From: Cenococcum geophilum
Taxonomy: Eukaryota
Direction of reading: 5' to 3'
Assembly: GCA_050273025.1 (NCBI GenBank)
Contig: CP158635.1
Location: forward strand, 21,204,001 to 21,268,000
DNA length: 64,000 nt
The translations under genes were made by a program, and so were the position numbers. This document shows, piece by piece, positions 34,438-48,805 of the stretch (positions within the stretch are counted from its first letter, which is position 1; every line of letters starts with the position of its first letter). The notes under the pieces are model-generated. The model searched no databases. It was given only the letters and a program-made list of their open reading frames with translations, and was not told the DNA's origin.

Positions 34438-37400
34438 TATAGAACTATGCCTATTATACTAAGTTAAATACCACTAAGCTAAGTACCGCTAGCGGCTATT
34501 AACCTATATTACTATAGAATGACCTAATAAACCTAGACGCCGTTAAGTTCGGCAGCGGTAGTAATAGCCTCCCTAATAACGTTTAAAGATATTATATAAA
34601 TAATAGACTCTATATAGCGTGTAGTTAACATAGCTACTAGAAAGATGCTTATAACCCCTAGTAAAACCTAAATCCCCTTTTAATACTACCGCGCTAACCT
34701 CCCCCTAGCTGCGGCGGATTCTTTAATAGAGGGGATAGTAATTAAGGCGGTAACTATAGATAAGGACGTGGGTTTAGATATAAAAACCCACCCCCGCAAT
34801 TCTTTTCCCCAACGCAGCCCTAGCTAATAGTCCCGTACGCAAACTATAGATAAGTACTCTATATTACTACTAACCGCGAGACCGGCTATATTATTAGCGA
34901 AGTACCCCCTAGCATATATACACTGTTAGAGACCGACACGTTAGGATATACTAGCTAAGACTATAGCTACTAGCTAAGCCCTATAACGCAGCTATTAAAA
35001 GGCTAACCCTTAGACTGAGTCGCCTTTAAGGGTTAAAACTATATAGGGAGAAGGATAAAAGGATTAGATTTATACTACTAGATTAGTTAAACCTTATTTT
35101 AAGCTAGCTACTATTTAATCTTAAAACAGTAAATAATAATAGAAATTTCATCCTTATTTAGACTTACCTCTTTTTACTATATAACCTACTCCTAGAAGTT
35201 CTTATTAAAACAGTAAGCCTTATTAATAGTAGTAGTATAGTACTAGCGTTTACAGACAAAAACTCGCTTATAAAGAAGCATAATATTATAATAAAAAGAC
35301 TCCTAGTTTTAAAACCACTCCGCCTTACTAATGGACTCTAATCCAGCTTTATTACCTATTACTTTATAGCAAAAATAATAATTAGCCACTATATAGAATT
35401 TATGCTTTTCTATATTATAAAGTTATTACCCTTAATATTAGTAATTCTTAAAATACCCTAGCTTAAAAAGCATAACCTAAGCATAAACTTCCCCGTTTTA
35501 GGGCTTAAGTTTAACTCTAATTACTATACCTATAACTATCTCCTATAGTATATCCCTAATTATAACCGAGTAGCACTATATAGATATATTGCACGGCTAA
35601 CTCTTAGATACTATTAGCTAATAGTAAAAGAGGTACCTAATACTAGTAAGCTAATATATACAGTAAATAAAATAGAGATTCTGGAAGACTGGACTACTGC
35701 CTTACCCCTAAGAATATAAACACCACCAAAACTATAAGTCCCCTATATATACCCGCTTAACCTAGGCTAGCTAATAAGATATTTAACTCTAAGTTATTTG
35801 CTATATATATATATATATAACCGCGCGTATAACAGCTAAAGGCGTTATAGCTAAGACCGAAACTAGAGTAATTAAAACCTCCCCCCTATAATGCCTAACC
35901 TTATATCTGTCTCCCGCGCATACCGTATAGGGCCGCCGCCGCGTTTCCGCCCCCTAGGGCCAACTAAGCTACGCTAGCCTAGCTATAGCACTAGAGAACT
36001 AAACACACCCTAAACTAGACAATATTAGATATACTTACGCCGTTAATTTTACCTAGTTTTATAAATAAAAAGGCGTAAAGGTAATAAGGATCTATATGGC
36101 AGAGCTAGTAGAACTAGTTAAATAAGAAGAACACCGACAGCTGCTTAAAGAGCTGCCTATAGGCCTAATAGAAGTACTAAATCTATTAAAAAAGTCTTTC
36201 CGCTAGTTAGTAGAGGGCGACTATATAATAGAAGAAGTCCGTAAAGCGCTACCCTTTTATTTTTATAATTTCCTTAAGATAAACCTAAAAACTAAGCCTA
36301 AGTCTCTATGCCGGAAGATAGTTAATACTAATATTGAAAATTTCCTAAAAGGCAAACTAGGATTAACCCATAAAGACATTTTATAACGCTTATTAAAGGA
36401 GTTCCGTAAATATATTAAGCACTTTCTCCCTAAAAACGTAGATAAGCTGCCCCCTTACTAACTATAGGACTATAAAATTGAGATTATCCCTGGAAACTAG
36501 GCCCTATACTATAAAAACAGACCACTCTTACCTACTAAACTTAGGTGTGTAAAAAAGTGGATTAATAAGATACTAGATAAGGGTTTTATCCGCGAATTAA
36601 CCTTACTAGCTACCGTACTACTCCTCCTTACTACTAAGCCTAGTGGTAGTGTGCAAATCTGCTATAACTACTAAGGCCTAAACACAGTTACTATTAAGAA
36701 TTGGTATCTACTGCTACTAATCCATAAGACACTTAACGTACTTTATAATGCTAAGTACTTTACTAAACTTAATATAATTGCTACGTTTAATTAAATCCGG
36801 ATTACGGAGGGCTATAAGTAGCTTATAGTATTTATTACCCGGTTTAGACTCTATAAGATACTAGTTATACTATTTAGCCTCTATAACGTACCCGCTATGT
36901 TCTAAAACTATATTAATTATATCTTATATAACGCCCTTAATAACTACTATACTGCCTACCTTAATAACGTCCTTATCTTTTCTAAAATACGTACCGAGTA
37001 TACTAAGTATATAAATGAAGTTATCTAAAGACTTAGTAATGCCAGACTTTAGATTAATATTAATAAGTCTAAGTTCTACTCTACTAAAATAAAATACCTC
37101 GGCTTAATTATCTTAACTAATGGTATGACTATAGACCCTAAGAAGGTACAGGCCTTATAGGAATAGAAGGACCCGATATTAATTAAAGAACTATAATAAT
37201 TTCTTAGCTTCGCGAACTTCTACTAACAATTTATTTAAGGCTACTCTGCCGTTACTATACCTATAATAAAACTCCTAAAGAAGGATATTAGATAGCTATA
37301 GAGACTAAAATAAGCTAAATTATTTAAGGCCCTTAAGGGAGCCTTTACCTCAGCACTAGTACTAGCATACTATAACTACACGAAGAAGACAGTGGTAGAG

Positions 37401-39841
37401 ATAGACGTATTAAATTAGGCTTTTAGCGGAGTCCTTTCCTAGTATAATAACAACGGTAAATTAAAACTAGTTGCATTCTTCTCCGTAAAGCACTTTACGC
37501 TAGAGTATAACTATAAGATCTATAATAAAGAACTCTTAGCTATTATTAAGGCTTTAGAGGAATAGCATCCTAAGCTATAAGGGACTAAAAAGCCGTTTAA
37601 AATTATTACCAACTATAAAAACCTATAGACGTTTATAATTACTAAGTAGCTAAATTAACGCTAAGTCTAGTAGGCAGAGTTCCTTTTATAGTTTAACTTT
37701 GTAATTATATATAGACCTAGTAGTAAAGCCACGCTCCCTAACGCCCTAAGCTAGCTACTAGGAATAAGGCCTAAGGATACTAATAATAAACGCCTCCGCT
37801 ACTAAGCCTAAGTCGTTATACCGCCCTAGAAAATTAACCCTATAATCTTAGAAGAATTACTATATAAGTCCCGTAACTCTAATAATACAAAGTTTATAGC
37901 CGCTTTAGGCCCCAAAATAGCCGAAAAGTTACTAGATAAGTTAATCTGGTTAGGATACTAGGAAAATAAACTTATAAGAGATATAGTAGCGGCCCTACGT
38001 AATTAGAAAGCTCGCCGTTAGCTAAAGAAGATTAGGAAATTACTCTATTACGATAAGTTAAAATATAGTATTATTAACAGATAGATCTACTTCTGCTAAT
38101 ATCTCTTTATCCTTAATACCCTAGACCTCCGCCTAGAAATTATCCATTACTCTTATAACAGCGGCCCCGCTAATTACCCTAGCTAGGTTAAAACCCTTAA
38201 CCTCTTAAACTAAATATACTGGTAGCTAGGAATCTCCTAATTTACGGCTACCTTTATTAAAGACTATACCCTATATTTTTGCACTAAAACCCCCTATTTT
38301 ACCCCGCCCGGTTTCCTAAGGCTACTAGAACTATCTACTCGCCTATAAACCGATATTTTAATTAACTATATTATAATGCTGCTAGTATGCTAACGCTACG
38401 GTAAGGTATATAAATATATCCTTATTATTATAGACCGCCTAACTAAAATATAATACCTTGTTCTAGTAATAGGACTCTTAATAAAGGAGCTAGTTAATAG
38501 CTTTATTAATAATATATATAAGCTCTACAGTGTACTAAGCACAATTATCTCTAATCGCGGTATATAATTTATTAGCGACTTTTAGTAACAACTAAGTAAA
38601 CGCCTTAAGATAACCTTAAGACTAAGCTTAGCCTAGTACCTAGAAACAGATAGCTAAACTAAAATTATTAACGCTGCCGTAAATAAGTACCTCTATACTT
38701 TTGTTAGCTTTATATAGGATAACTAGGTTAACTACCTGCCGCTTACTAAGTTTGCTATAAATAACTAAGTTAATAAGAGCATAGGCATCTCCCCATTTTT
38801 CGCAAACTATAGCTTTAACCCTTACCTTGAAATTAAGCCTGCTAGCCCCTACCTATTAATACTATTAGTATAAGTAAAGAAGGAGTTCTTCCGCGTAGAC
38901 TTTATGGCTAACCGCTTTAAGCGGATATTAATATAGCTTAAGGCCCTAGCCCGGATTTTATAGTAATGCTATAAAGATAATGCTAATACCTGTAGAGATA
39001 AGAGCGCGTTATTCTACAAAGGTAATATAGTTATAGTTAGCTTAGAAAATATAAAGATAAATAGACCTAAGAAGAAATGGGACGATAAATGGGATAGCCT
39101 GTACCCCGTACTTGCAGTATACTAAGGGGCAGTTATAGTAGACCTTCTAGACTATATCTAAGTAAATAAATCCTTCTATATATCTAAGGTCCGCCTCTAG
39201 GCTACTAAAGAGATTTCTAGCTAAGCAAATATTAATACTATAGAGCGCTGTAATGTATAAGGATAAGTAGTAGAGAGAGATAATAATAGTAATATAGAAG
39301 ATAAATAGGAGTTTAAGAAAATCCTTAATGTATATAATAAAGACCCCTAAGGCCTAACTTATAAAATTAAATAAAAATATTATAAGGATATAACCTAGCA
39401 GCTAGAAGAAGACCTAAAGGGTTATAAATAGGCTGTATAGCGCTTTTATAAGCAATACCCTAAGAAGCTAAAACCTCTAGACTAGGTATAAGATAAGGAA
39501 AAGTTACGCCAAGGTCATAGCCGACCACTATATTAAAATTTATAGTGGTTAAGATGTTATAGAACTTTAACCGGCGGTTAAAGTTATTTAAATAGCTAGA
39601 TTCTTACTAAGAAACGCTATACGGATTAATTTAGGTGGTGGTGTAGAGTTTTACCAACCTTACTTACTAAACTAACTAATTAGGATTTTCTATGCCCGGT
39701 ACGGAAAATCGCTATTAGCTTAGTTAAGGGCGGTAAGCGGAACTAATATCTTTACGGTAAAAAACAGGCAACCCTAAATACTGCCTATTTTAGAGTTATC
39801 TATTTAGTTTAGGGACTAAACTATTTAAGGGAGAGGAGTAC

Positions 39842-40028
39842 TATTACAGCACTAACCTAACGTATACTGGTTTATACTATCTTATACTATTTCCTACTAT
39901 TAGCTAGCCCACTACTAGTACCTTAGCGGCCGGCCCTACTATTTGTATATAATACCCCCTTTCCACCTTCTTCTCCTCTTTATACCATAACGTAGTTATT
40001 TAGTCTACTTTATTGCAGTACTATAATA
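39842..40028 (+). repeat. 3' LTR of Gypsy D (uninterrupted)
   Basis: Matches 20274-20427 joined to 23836-23868. Confidence 0.95.
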
Positions 40029-40096
40029 GTCTTTAGTTGCTAAGTTAATAAAAATAGGTAGACGTGTATAAAGTGTTACGGGGGTGTCTCGTAATA

Positions 40097-41130
40097 AAAG
40101 CCGTGTACTATATACTTACGGACGTCTATTTTAACAACTCTACCTTTAGCAGACTCCCTACTATTTTAGGCGGCGACTTTACTTAAATACTACCTATCGT
40201 CCTATAGGGGAACCGCGCAGCTATTATAGGTGCCTACCTATATCGGTCGTTCCTCTAGCCTACCTTCCGTATATTATCCCTACAGTTAAATATACGTGTC
40301 CGCTAGGGCGAAATAAATTAGTAGTTCGCAGCTTAGGTATAAGGCTTATCTTATAATATAGCCCTAGCTGGCAGTATTAGTATCCCACCTAGTATAGCCC
40401 TATTCCGGTCCTAGGAACTCTTTTACAGCTATATATACCCTTTATAACTACTTACTTAGATATATATTACTCTTAATACCTTCCGCGATTACACTATCCT
40501 AACTATTTATAATAATACTATAGCTAAGATTAACGAGGCTATCCTTACGCGGCTTTACGGCTTTCTAAGCACCTTTTATTTTATAAACTCTATAGAGTAA
40601 AATAGAGAAGAAAATTATATAGAACTGCCGCTAGCAGAGCTCCTATAATTATTTAACCCTAATAGCCTACCTCCGTTAAAGCTTTCCCTAAAGGTAGGCG
40701 CGCCTATAATCCTTTTACAGAACCTCTACCCTAAGGAAGGGCTCTATAACGGCACCTATATAGTTATTACACCTCTAGGCCGCCGCTATATTAAAGCTTA
40801 GATGCTTAGCGGCAGATTTTACAGCTAGCTACAGCTAGCTACAGCTAATCCCTTATATTAAGCTTACCTCTATAGAGGGAGAACTGCCGTTTATTATTAG
40901 TAGAAGGCAGTTTCTAATCCGGCTATACTTTACTATAACCGTAAATAAGTTATAGGGGCAGTCTTTTAACTTTATTAGCGTTAACTTATATATACCGGTC
41001 TTTACCTATAGGCAGCTCTATATTACCCTATCTTAAGTTACTACCGTAAATAGTATTTTAGTACTGCTTCCCCTAAATTAAATAGAGATAGAACAATATT
41101 ATCTATCTAAAAGTCTTACTTTCGTAATAA
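40097..41130 (+). pseudogene. Helitron-type PIF1 helicase, C-terminal half (RIP relic)
   Basis: 'ILGGDFT[Q]ILPIV', 'LSLKVGAPIILLQNLYPKEGL[C]NGT', 'RRQF[P]IRL[C]FTITVNK[S][Q]GQSF', 'PVFT[H][G]QLYITLS.VT' are PIF1 motifs III-VI as seen in Helitron RepHel. Confidence 0.9.
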
Positions 41131-41977
41131 GGTATATTATTTTATTATACAACTACTTCTATAACTGCCCTATAGGGCTAGCAAAACTTTTATAAATACC
41201 CTATAGGGCCTAGTAAATCCCCCCTTTTTCCTCCCTTCCCACTTCCTTTCTACCCCCCCCCTCTACCCCCCCTCCCCTACTCCTTATCCTTATCCTCCTC
41301 TAACTCCTCCTTAAGCACAGCCGCTAAACGGCAGAGCAGCCCTATAACTTACCCGCGCCGCCTAAGACGGGGGCAAACATAGGTAGGCAGGGCCTCTTCC
41401 TCCTCCTTATTATCGTCATTATTATTATTATTATTGTTATTATTGGCGGCGGTAGCGGCAGTAGGAGGTGCGTAGGTGTAGAAGCGGGGGTAAAAGTAGG
41501 CTGTAGTAGGGGGAGCGGTGTTACGAACGCTTTAAGTACAATATTACGACTACTTGGAGAAGAGTTAAAGAAAGCTAGTTGGTTAATCCAGGCACGGTCC
41601 AAGATAGAGCCGATAGAGCTATGTGATAAGGAATAGTAGCTAAGGTCACATAATGTTGTATATAGTGTACGTAGTGTATAAAGGGAACGTACGTATAATA
41701 TGTATAATACGTACCTTACGTATAAAGGGGATTTCTTAGGAGTACGGTTGTGTATTTAAAGGACCACAGTCCCTACCTAGATAGTTCTCCCCTTTGTAGT
41801 AAATCTTAGAATATAATTAGAGTTAATCTGTTAGGCAACTACTCTACTAGTTATTATTACGTTGTTAACTTCCTGTTTACTTATATACTTAGCCTATTAA
41901 TAAGTCTACCGTAGTTCCTGCTATAAGGCTTTATTATATATTTACTACTAAAGTTATGGCATTAATAAAGTTAAATA

Positions 41978-44900
41978 ATATACCACTAAAAGCAGCTACT
42001 ATAACGCTATTAACGGCGGCAACTACTTTAAGGTTAGGTAATAATACTAGTATAGCAGATACTAACTTATAGCAACCTGTAACGGTTAGATAACTATAAG
42101 AGATAGTTAACTAGCTAATAGAAAATAATATAACGTTAGAAAATAGGATTAACGGGATAGGAGTAGTAAAGATTAAGTTATTATTAATTAAAAGGTACTT
42201 AGGAGAAATATTAAAGCTTAAAGAATTCCTTATATAAATGCACTTTAAGGTAACGTAAGAAGGAGCGAAGCTACTAACACCTATAGATTGAATAGTATAT
42301 ACGGGACTATTCCTATTAGGAAGGGCACTTAAGTAATTTAAGCTTTACCTTACGGAAATATAAGTAAATAGAATAACGACCACTAATTAAGAAGTACGGT
42401 TTATATTTATAAGCTAGAAAGGGTTTACGGAACGACTTATATAAATATTTAGAGACCTAGAGGTAGTAACCACAGCGGAAAGAAAACTCTAAGACATTAC
42501 GTAATAAACCTTAGTAATTAAGTATATAATATAGTTCTAGACGTTAGTAACGCAAATAGAGTAGAATAATAAGGCGCTTATAGCACAGTATAAATAAGGA
42601 CTTAAGGCTAAAGTTTAGGATGTAATTATCCTAATGGAAGATATGGAAACCCTATGGGAACTAATAAATTAAGTGATTAAAATTAATAATTGGATCTATT
42701 AAAGGGAGCAGGCTAAGAGAGGCTAAGATAGAGTTTTATAGGTATATAAGGCGCAGAGTACGTAATAACTAAAGCTAAATTAGAAACTATAGTATGGCGT
42801 AGAGCTAATAAACCTAAGTAGTACTAAAGAATTTAGAAGGTAAAATAAGAAATTATAGAAACCTAGAGGATAAGGATTAAGTAATTAAAGGTCTAAGGAG
42901 TAAAGGCCGAACCAGGGATTTTAGTAGCAGAAGATGTTTAGGCGGACTCTATAATAAAAAAAATGGTTTAAAGAAGGAGCTTATATAAATTACGGAAAAT
43001 AGGGTTATTATATTAAAGACTATAGAAGTAGGTAGAGTTACTACGCAGTAAAAGGGATAAGACTAGTAGACAATATATATATATAGAGGGACGATAATAT
43101 ACTATAAGGAACAAAAGAATGTTTAATTAAAAGTTTTGCGTTTTGTTATAATAACGCATACCAAATTTATAAGGACGCTAAGTATGGCGTAAGCTATTAG
43201 CTATAAGAGCTATATTTAGCAGAATATAGAGGAACTAATAAACTAGTTTATAGATTGGACATTAAGGATAATAAGCTCGATGTAGGCGAAACATTCTATA
43301 ATAATAAGGCAATAAGGGCGGTTTACTAGGAATATATAAACCTTAAAGATGTTATATAAGAGGTAAAGGATAATTCCACTACAGAATAGGGAATATTAGT
43401 AGGGATTAAGACCCTACTAGATATAATGTCTATCGCTTTACAAGATATAAGAGAAGTAGAATAGCAAACTACTTTAGTACTTAATAAAGGTAAAAGGCTA
43501 AAAGCTTAAGATTCTTAAAATAAGATAAGAGACAACTAAGATTCTTAAGATAAGATAAGGTAAGCTTAAGGACCTATAATGGACAATAACTAATAGAGCA
43601 GAGTAATAGCTTAGTTTAGTAATATATAAATAAGCTTAGGACGAAGTTTCCTAAAAACATAAAACTCTTAAAACAAGATAAGTAAGATTTAAGACTCTCA
43701 AAATAAGATAAGAATACTAAGTAAGCCTAGTTAAACTAAGGCTAGAGCTAAGCTTAAGATAAAAGCAAGCTTAGGATTAAGGATCTTATAGGACTAAGAT
43801 TTTAGCAATAGAATAAGAACTATTAAAGAAATTGCGGGTAAGGCCTAGCAACTGGATTGAAAAGTTAATACCAAAATTAAGAAGTAAGAAAACTTTAAGG
43901 ATCTATCTATAAAACGTAAACTAAAAAAAACCATAGAAGAATTTAAATAAAAAATTATTATATAGCAAGAATAGAAACTAGATAAGAGATCTAGCGTACT
44001 AGGTTGTATAAGGGATAGAGCACTAGTACAAAGAATTACTAATAGGCTTAGAGTAGGCATATTAAGAGCTAAGTAGCTTATTAAACTGGAAAACGAAGAG
44101 GATCTACGGATCCTTACTAGATTTAAAGAACGATATATAAAGGGCTATTATAACGTAGTAATAAGAAGATACTTTCTTATGGACAAGCCGTATATACTCT
44201 AGCAGCTATACTAAAAGTAGTATAGGCAGCGACACAATGATAAGTGGGAAGATTTTTATATATAGTTAGATAAACGAGTTATTTAGGACCACCCTATTAC
44301 AGAAAAGGCCATAACTTATATTAAAGGAGCCTTAATTATAACATTAAAGGATCTAGAGGAATAATTAGAGGACTAGAAAAGCGAGAGACGCATCTTAATA
44401 CCTATAAATAAAGTTATAACGTTTAGATTAATACGGCAAAGGTTTAAACTTAAAGCACCTAGTACACTATACGCTATTATAGATTGCATATATAGATAAT
44501 ATATATAAAATACATAAGAATCTAAAGGAAAAGAATCGGAAATACCCTATAAGGATATATTGGGCGCTAGATAAGCGATAGTATAAAAATGCTAAGTATA
44601 TATACGGCTAGTATTTAGCAGAAGTTTAAGAGTTAGGAGACTTAATACTTTAACTAAGAAGATTCCTTACGAAAGAATGCTTAGATAAATAATAGTGGTA
44701 GGAATACCTAAAGAATATGTATTTATAGTATATAGAAAATAAAAAGCAAACTAGGCATTAGCTAAAGAATAAGCTAAGTATAATAAGATTAAGTAGCTAA
44801 TAGTTAGGAAAAGTAGAGGCCTATGGGACTAAAGGGAGCTAGTAATAGAGCCTTAAACCCTTAAAGGAATTTAAGGACAACACCTAAATTTATAAGTTAA

Positions 44901-47900
44901 GTGGTAAAATTAGCAGTTTAAAGCGCTAATAGATAGTAGAGTAACGCGGAACTATATCTTACTAGCAGCAGTTAAAAGAATGGGATTACCTTATAAATAG
45001 AAGAAGTAACCTTACTTATTAGTTACAATTTTAGGAGATCTAATAGCCTATAGAGAAGAGATTATTAGTCTTAAAATAGGACCTATTTAAATAACCATTA
45101 AAGGAAAACAAGTTAAGATATCATTTAATATCCTACTATTGGGACAGGATAAGGTAGTACTAAAAATGCCTTAGTTACAGGAATATAATCTAAAGATCGA
45201 TTAGATTATAGGTTAAGTTAATATTAAAGATACTTAATACCGCAAAATATAATAGCAAACTAAGTTAGTATAGTATTAAGTTAGAGCAATATATAAAGAG
45301 ATTAAGCAAGGCTTAAGTTATATACTAAAGAGATACTATAAGTATAGCAAGAAACTATAGAGCCTAGAAAGTAAAAAGCTAGTAGATTATATAGCATAGG
45401 ACTATAAGATAGAGTTAGAACTAGGAATAAGTTTAAGGTTCTTTCTAACTTATAAGCTTACTAAAGAAGAGTCTAAAGCACTTAAAGAGTTTATTTAAGA
45501 AAACTTACGGAAGGGATATATTAGACTATTGCAGTTATTAGCAGGTTATCCAGTACTGTTTATACCAAAGAAAAATAGAAAACTTAGGTTATACATCAAC
45601 TATAAATAGTTAAATAGCATTACTTAAAAGGATAGGTATCCTTTATCCTTAATTAGCGAAATCTAGGATTAGATAGGTAATGCGTAAATCTTTATAAAGA
45701 TAAATTTAAGATAGGTATACCATTAGATTAGAATTAAGGAAGGCGATAAATAAAAGGCAGCTTTTAGGTTAAGAGAAGGGCTATATAAGCCATTAGTTAT
45801 ACAATTTAGATTAATAAATATACCAGTAACATTTTAAAAATAAATTAATAGTGTATTAGGAGAACACCTTAATAAGTTTATTATAGTATACCTTAACGAT
45901 ATTATTATTTACTTAATAACTAAGGAAAAATATGGGGAATACATTAAATAGGTTTTAAGGAGATTATAGAAAGAATAGATGCTAGTAGTAATTAAGAAAT
46001 ATAAGTTCTTTACTAGGAAGACCGATTTTATTAGATTTATTATTAAACTAGGTTATATTAGTATAAACCTAAAGAAAATTAAAGCTATAGTAAGCTAGCA
46101 AGAACTAGAGAATGTAATATAATTAAGGTTATTCTTAGGGTTTTATAACTACTATAGAAGGTTTATAGCATAATAGTTAAAGAATATTAAACTATTTACT
46201 AGGCTTATAAAGAAAGAGGAACTATAGGCATAGGGAGATAAGTAAAGGAAGTTGTTTAAGGAACTTAAGAAGTTGTTTACCTAGGAGCCAATTCTTAAAA
46301 TCTACCAACCAAAACTAGACACGGTTGTAGAAATAAATATATTAGATTATATACTAGGAGTATACTTACTATAAAAGCATAAGGACGTATAGTATCTAGT
46401 ATTATATTATAGTAGAAAGATAACACTACTAGAGTTAAACTATAACGTCTATAATAAAGAGTTATTAGGTATAGTCGCAGCACTTAAGAAATAGAGAGCA
46501 TTCTTATAAGGCGTAGAGAAACTATTTATAGTTAAAATGGATTATAAGAACCTAATGGGGTTCCTAATAATAAAAGAACTTAATTAAAGATAGGTTAGAT
46601 AGGCAGAAATACTTACAGAATACTATTTTAAGATTTAGTATACTAAGGGAACTAAAAATATAAGAGCAGATATACTTAGCAGAAAAGCTAAATTATAGAA
46701 TAATAAGAAACCATTAAAAGCAATACTACACAGAGATAGGGATAGGTAGATTAGATATAATTACCCTAAACTAGTAGCAATTTAAGAAGATAATAAACTA
46801 GAAAGAGTCTATAAGATACTAGACAGCCTTTAGGTATAAAGAATTCTAAAAGTATAGCTAAAAGACCCACAGATAGATATATACAAAAATTAAGAAGTAA
46901 AGTATATCCTAAAAAGTATAGTAAAGCATTTTATAGAAGATTTCTATAAGGGAATAACTTAAGGATATAATAGAGCAATAGGCTTAGTATTAAGACTTTA
47001 AGAAGAATATATTATTAATGGAATCTAAAATATCGTAAGAAAAGTAATAAAGGAGTATTTAGATTGCTAAAGAAATAAACTAATAAGGTATAAGCTATAT
47101 AGAGGGCTATAACCTATTAAAATACCAGAGAGACTATATGAGGTCATATTATAGGACTTTATTAAGTTACTAAAGTTAAGAGATCCTATTACTGGATAAG
47201 ATTATAATATAATCTTAGTAATAGTAAATAAGTTAACTAAGTAGGGCTACTTTATAGCATACACAGAAGAAATCTTAGTAGAAGATATCGCTAAAATCTA
47301 TATTAAAGAAGTATTTATAAGATATAGAGCACTAAGTAAGATTATATCGGATAGGGATTTAAGATTTATAGCAGCATTCTAAAAGGTATTTTTAGCGGAG
47401 CAAGGAGTTTAAGTAGTAACTTCCACTGTATATTATCTATAGATAGATAGTTAAACGGAAAGATTAAATTAGACACTAGAATAGTATCTAAGATATTATA
47501 TTAATCACGTATAGAATAATTAGGTATCGCTATTACTAGTTATACAGTTTATATATAATATAACACTATAAGAAGGAATAGGCACATCACTATTTAAGGC
47601 AAATTATGGATATAAGCTAAGAATATCATTATTACTATAATAAGCGAAGAAAACGAGTAGCATAGCTAAAGAAAAAATAAAAATATCAATAAATCTTTAT
47701 ATATAGACCTTATAGAATTAGTAAAAAAGGTATAAGAGAGAATAAAAAAATACTATAATGCTAAGAGATCTAAGGGACCAGATCTTAAGAAGGGAGATAA
47801 AGTATAGCTACTATATAAAAATTTTAAGAGTCGATAACTAAGTAAGAAGTTGGACTACGTTAAACTAAGACCTTTTAAAATTATATAGAGGATTTCACCA

Positions 47901-48222
47901 GTTATATTTAAGTTAAACCTACCAGCTAGAATAAAGATCTACCCTATATAGCATATTATAATACTAAAACCAGTATATAGGAATATTAAACTACTAGTTT
48001 ATAAGGCAGATATATATAAAGGATAAGAGGAGAATAAATAGCAAGTTTTTAAAGATTATTAGTTATAAGGATATTAATAATAAAATATAGTATAAGGTTA
48101 AGTAGATAAGCTATAATAAGACTACCTAGAAACTACTAAAAAATTTAAAGAACGCTATAAGAAAGGTATAGGAGTATTAGAAGAAATTAAGTTAGGCAGT
48201 ATTAATAAAAAAGAATTACTAA
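41978..48222 (+). pseudogene. Gypsy E gag-pol with chromodomain
   Basis: Collinear with 10890-17333, with more RIP changes and small indels. Confidence 0.9.
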
Positions 48223-48805
48223 AGAATAAGTTACCTAAGGGGGACTTAAGAAGAGCAGTTGCCAAACTACTTAGATCTATTTTCTTCTTAATTAGAAGAG
48301 AATCCGCTCTTTTATTACTAAGTTCCTATAAACCTTATTTTATAAGTTTCTACTTTTTAGAATAAACCTTCTTATAAACCTTTTTAAGACGGAGTAACTA
48401 AGCGGACGCCGCGATATGGGCTTTAAGGGCCTTTTACTCTACGTTACAAAACGTTCCAACTTAGTAAGGGCTTAAGATAGTTTACTATCTAGCCACGCAG
48501 TAGTAGATTAAACATAAAACCCTAAGATAAATTAATTAAGGAACTAGACGACTATTAAGAGTAGTAGGTTATATATATTTAGTATTAGAGATAAAGCGAA
48601 CGTTATAAGACGAATAAATATTCGCTTTAGTGCACTTAGAGTAAGAGGACGGTTATTGCGAGGATATGCTTGCCAACGCAATATAAACTAACCCCTTTTT
48701 TAAACAGCGAGAATACAGAAATGGTATAATCTCACTAAGAGATAATATCGCAGCAATAGTATAAGCACGACGTTGCGCTTATGAAGAGGAAAGGGCCTTA
48801 GGTAT
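48220..48805 (-). pseudogene. Antisense Zn(II)2Cys6-like gene, copy in Gypsy E
   Basis: 'EIIPFL[C]SRCLKKGLV[C]IALASISSQ.PSS[C]SKCTKANIYSS[C]NVR'; exon 2 carries a short deletion relative to C. Confidence 0.7.

Larger units (their letters stand above)
31835..39530 (+). pseudogene. Gypsy D gag-pol with chromodomain (RIP pseudogene), gag interrupted by CGTCAGG copy 2
   Basis: RT 'VILFSLYNVPAMF' ~36865 and 'AYLNNVLIFS' ~36953; RNase H '[16 protein letters not shown]' ~37509; integrase 'A[W][H][P]ETDS[Q]TKIIN' ~38630; chromodomain 'K[W]EFKKILNV...T[W]Q[P]EEDLKG' ~39300-39425. Confidence 0.9.
20274..40028 (+). mobile_element. Ty3/Gypsy chromovirus D, complete, ~187-bp LTRs, TSD GTCTT, with nested insertions
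   Basis: 5' LTR 20274-23868 (interrupted) and 3' LTR 39842-40028; GTCTT at 20269-20273 and 40029-40033; PPT AAGGGGAGAGGAG before 39842. Confidence 0.95.
1..40096 (-). mobile_element. Ty3/Gypsy LTR retrotransposon A (RIP-degraded). Its 3' part lies left of the window; it hosts elements B, C and D
   Basis: Removing B (TSD GCTAA) and C (TSD AAGAC) rejoins the minus-strand pol, e.g. RNase H '[19 protein letters not shown]...KVLSNYKNL*YFTT...ARWLEYLS' reads across 8655/363. Gag ATG at 19932 (MQNEPKTP). The putative 5' LTR is split by D and ends at ...CTCGTAATA 40096 (RIP form of GTAACA). Confidence 0.85.
20015..40096 (-). repeat. Putative 5' LTR of Gypsy A, split into ~20015-20273 and 40034-40096 by Gypsy D
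   Basis: TATTACG (20015) ... CGTAATA (40096) inverted ends around non-coding sequence upstream of gag. The partner LTR is not in the window, so the inner boundary is uncertain. Confidence 0.55.

Noticed and set aside
41165..41214. Canonical Helitron 3' end (CCCTATAGGG hairpins followed by CTAG|T at 41210-41214)
   Set aside because: Hairpin-to-CTAG spacing is atypical and CTAG is very frequent in RIP-mutated DNA. Kept only as an alternative to the ~60973 end
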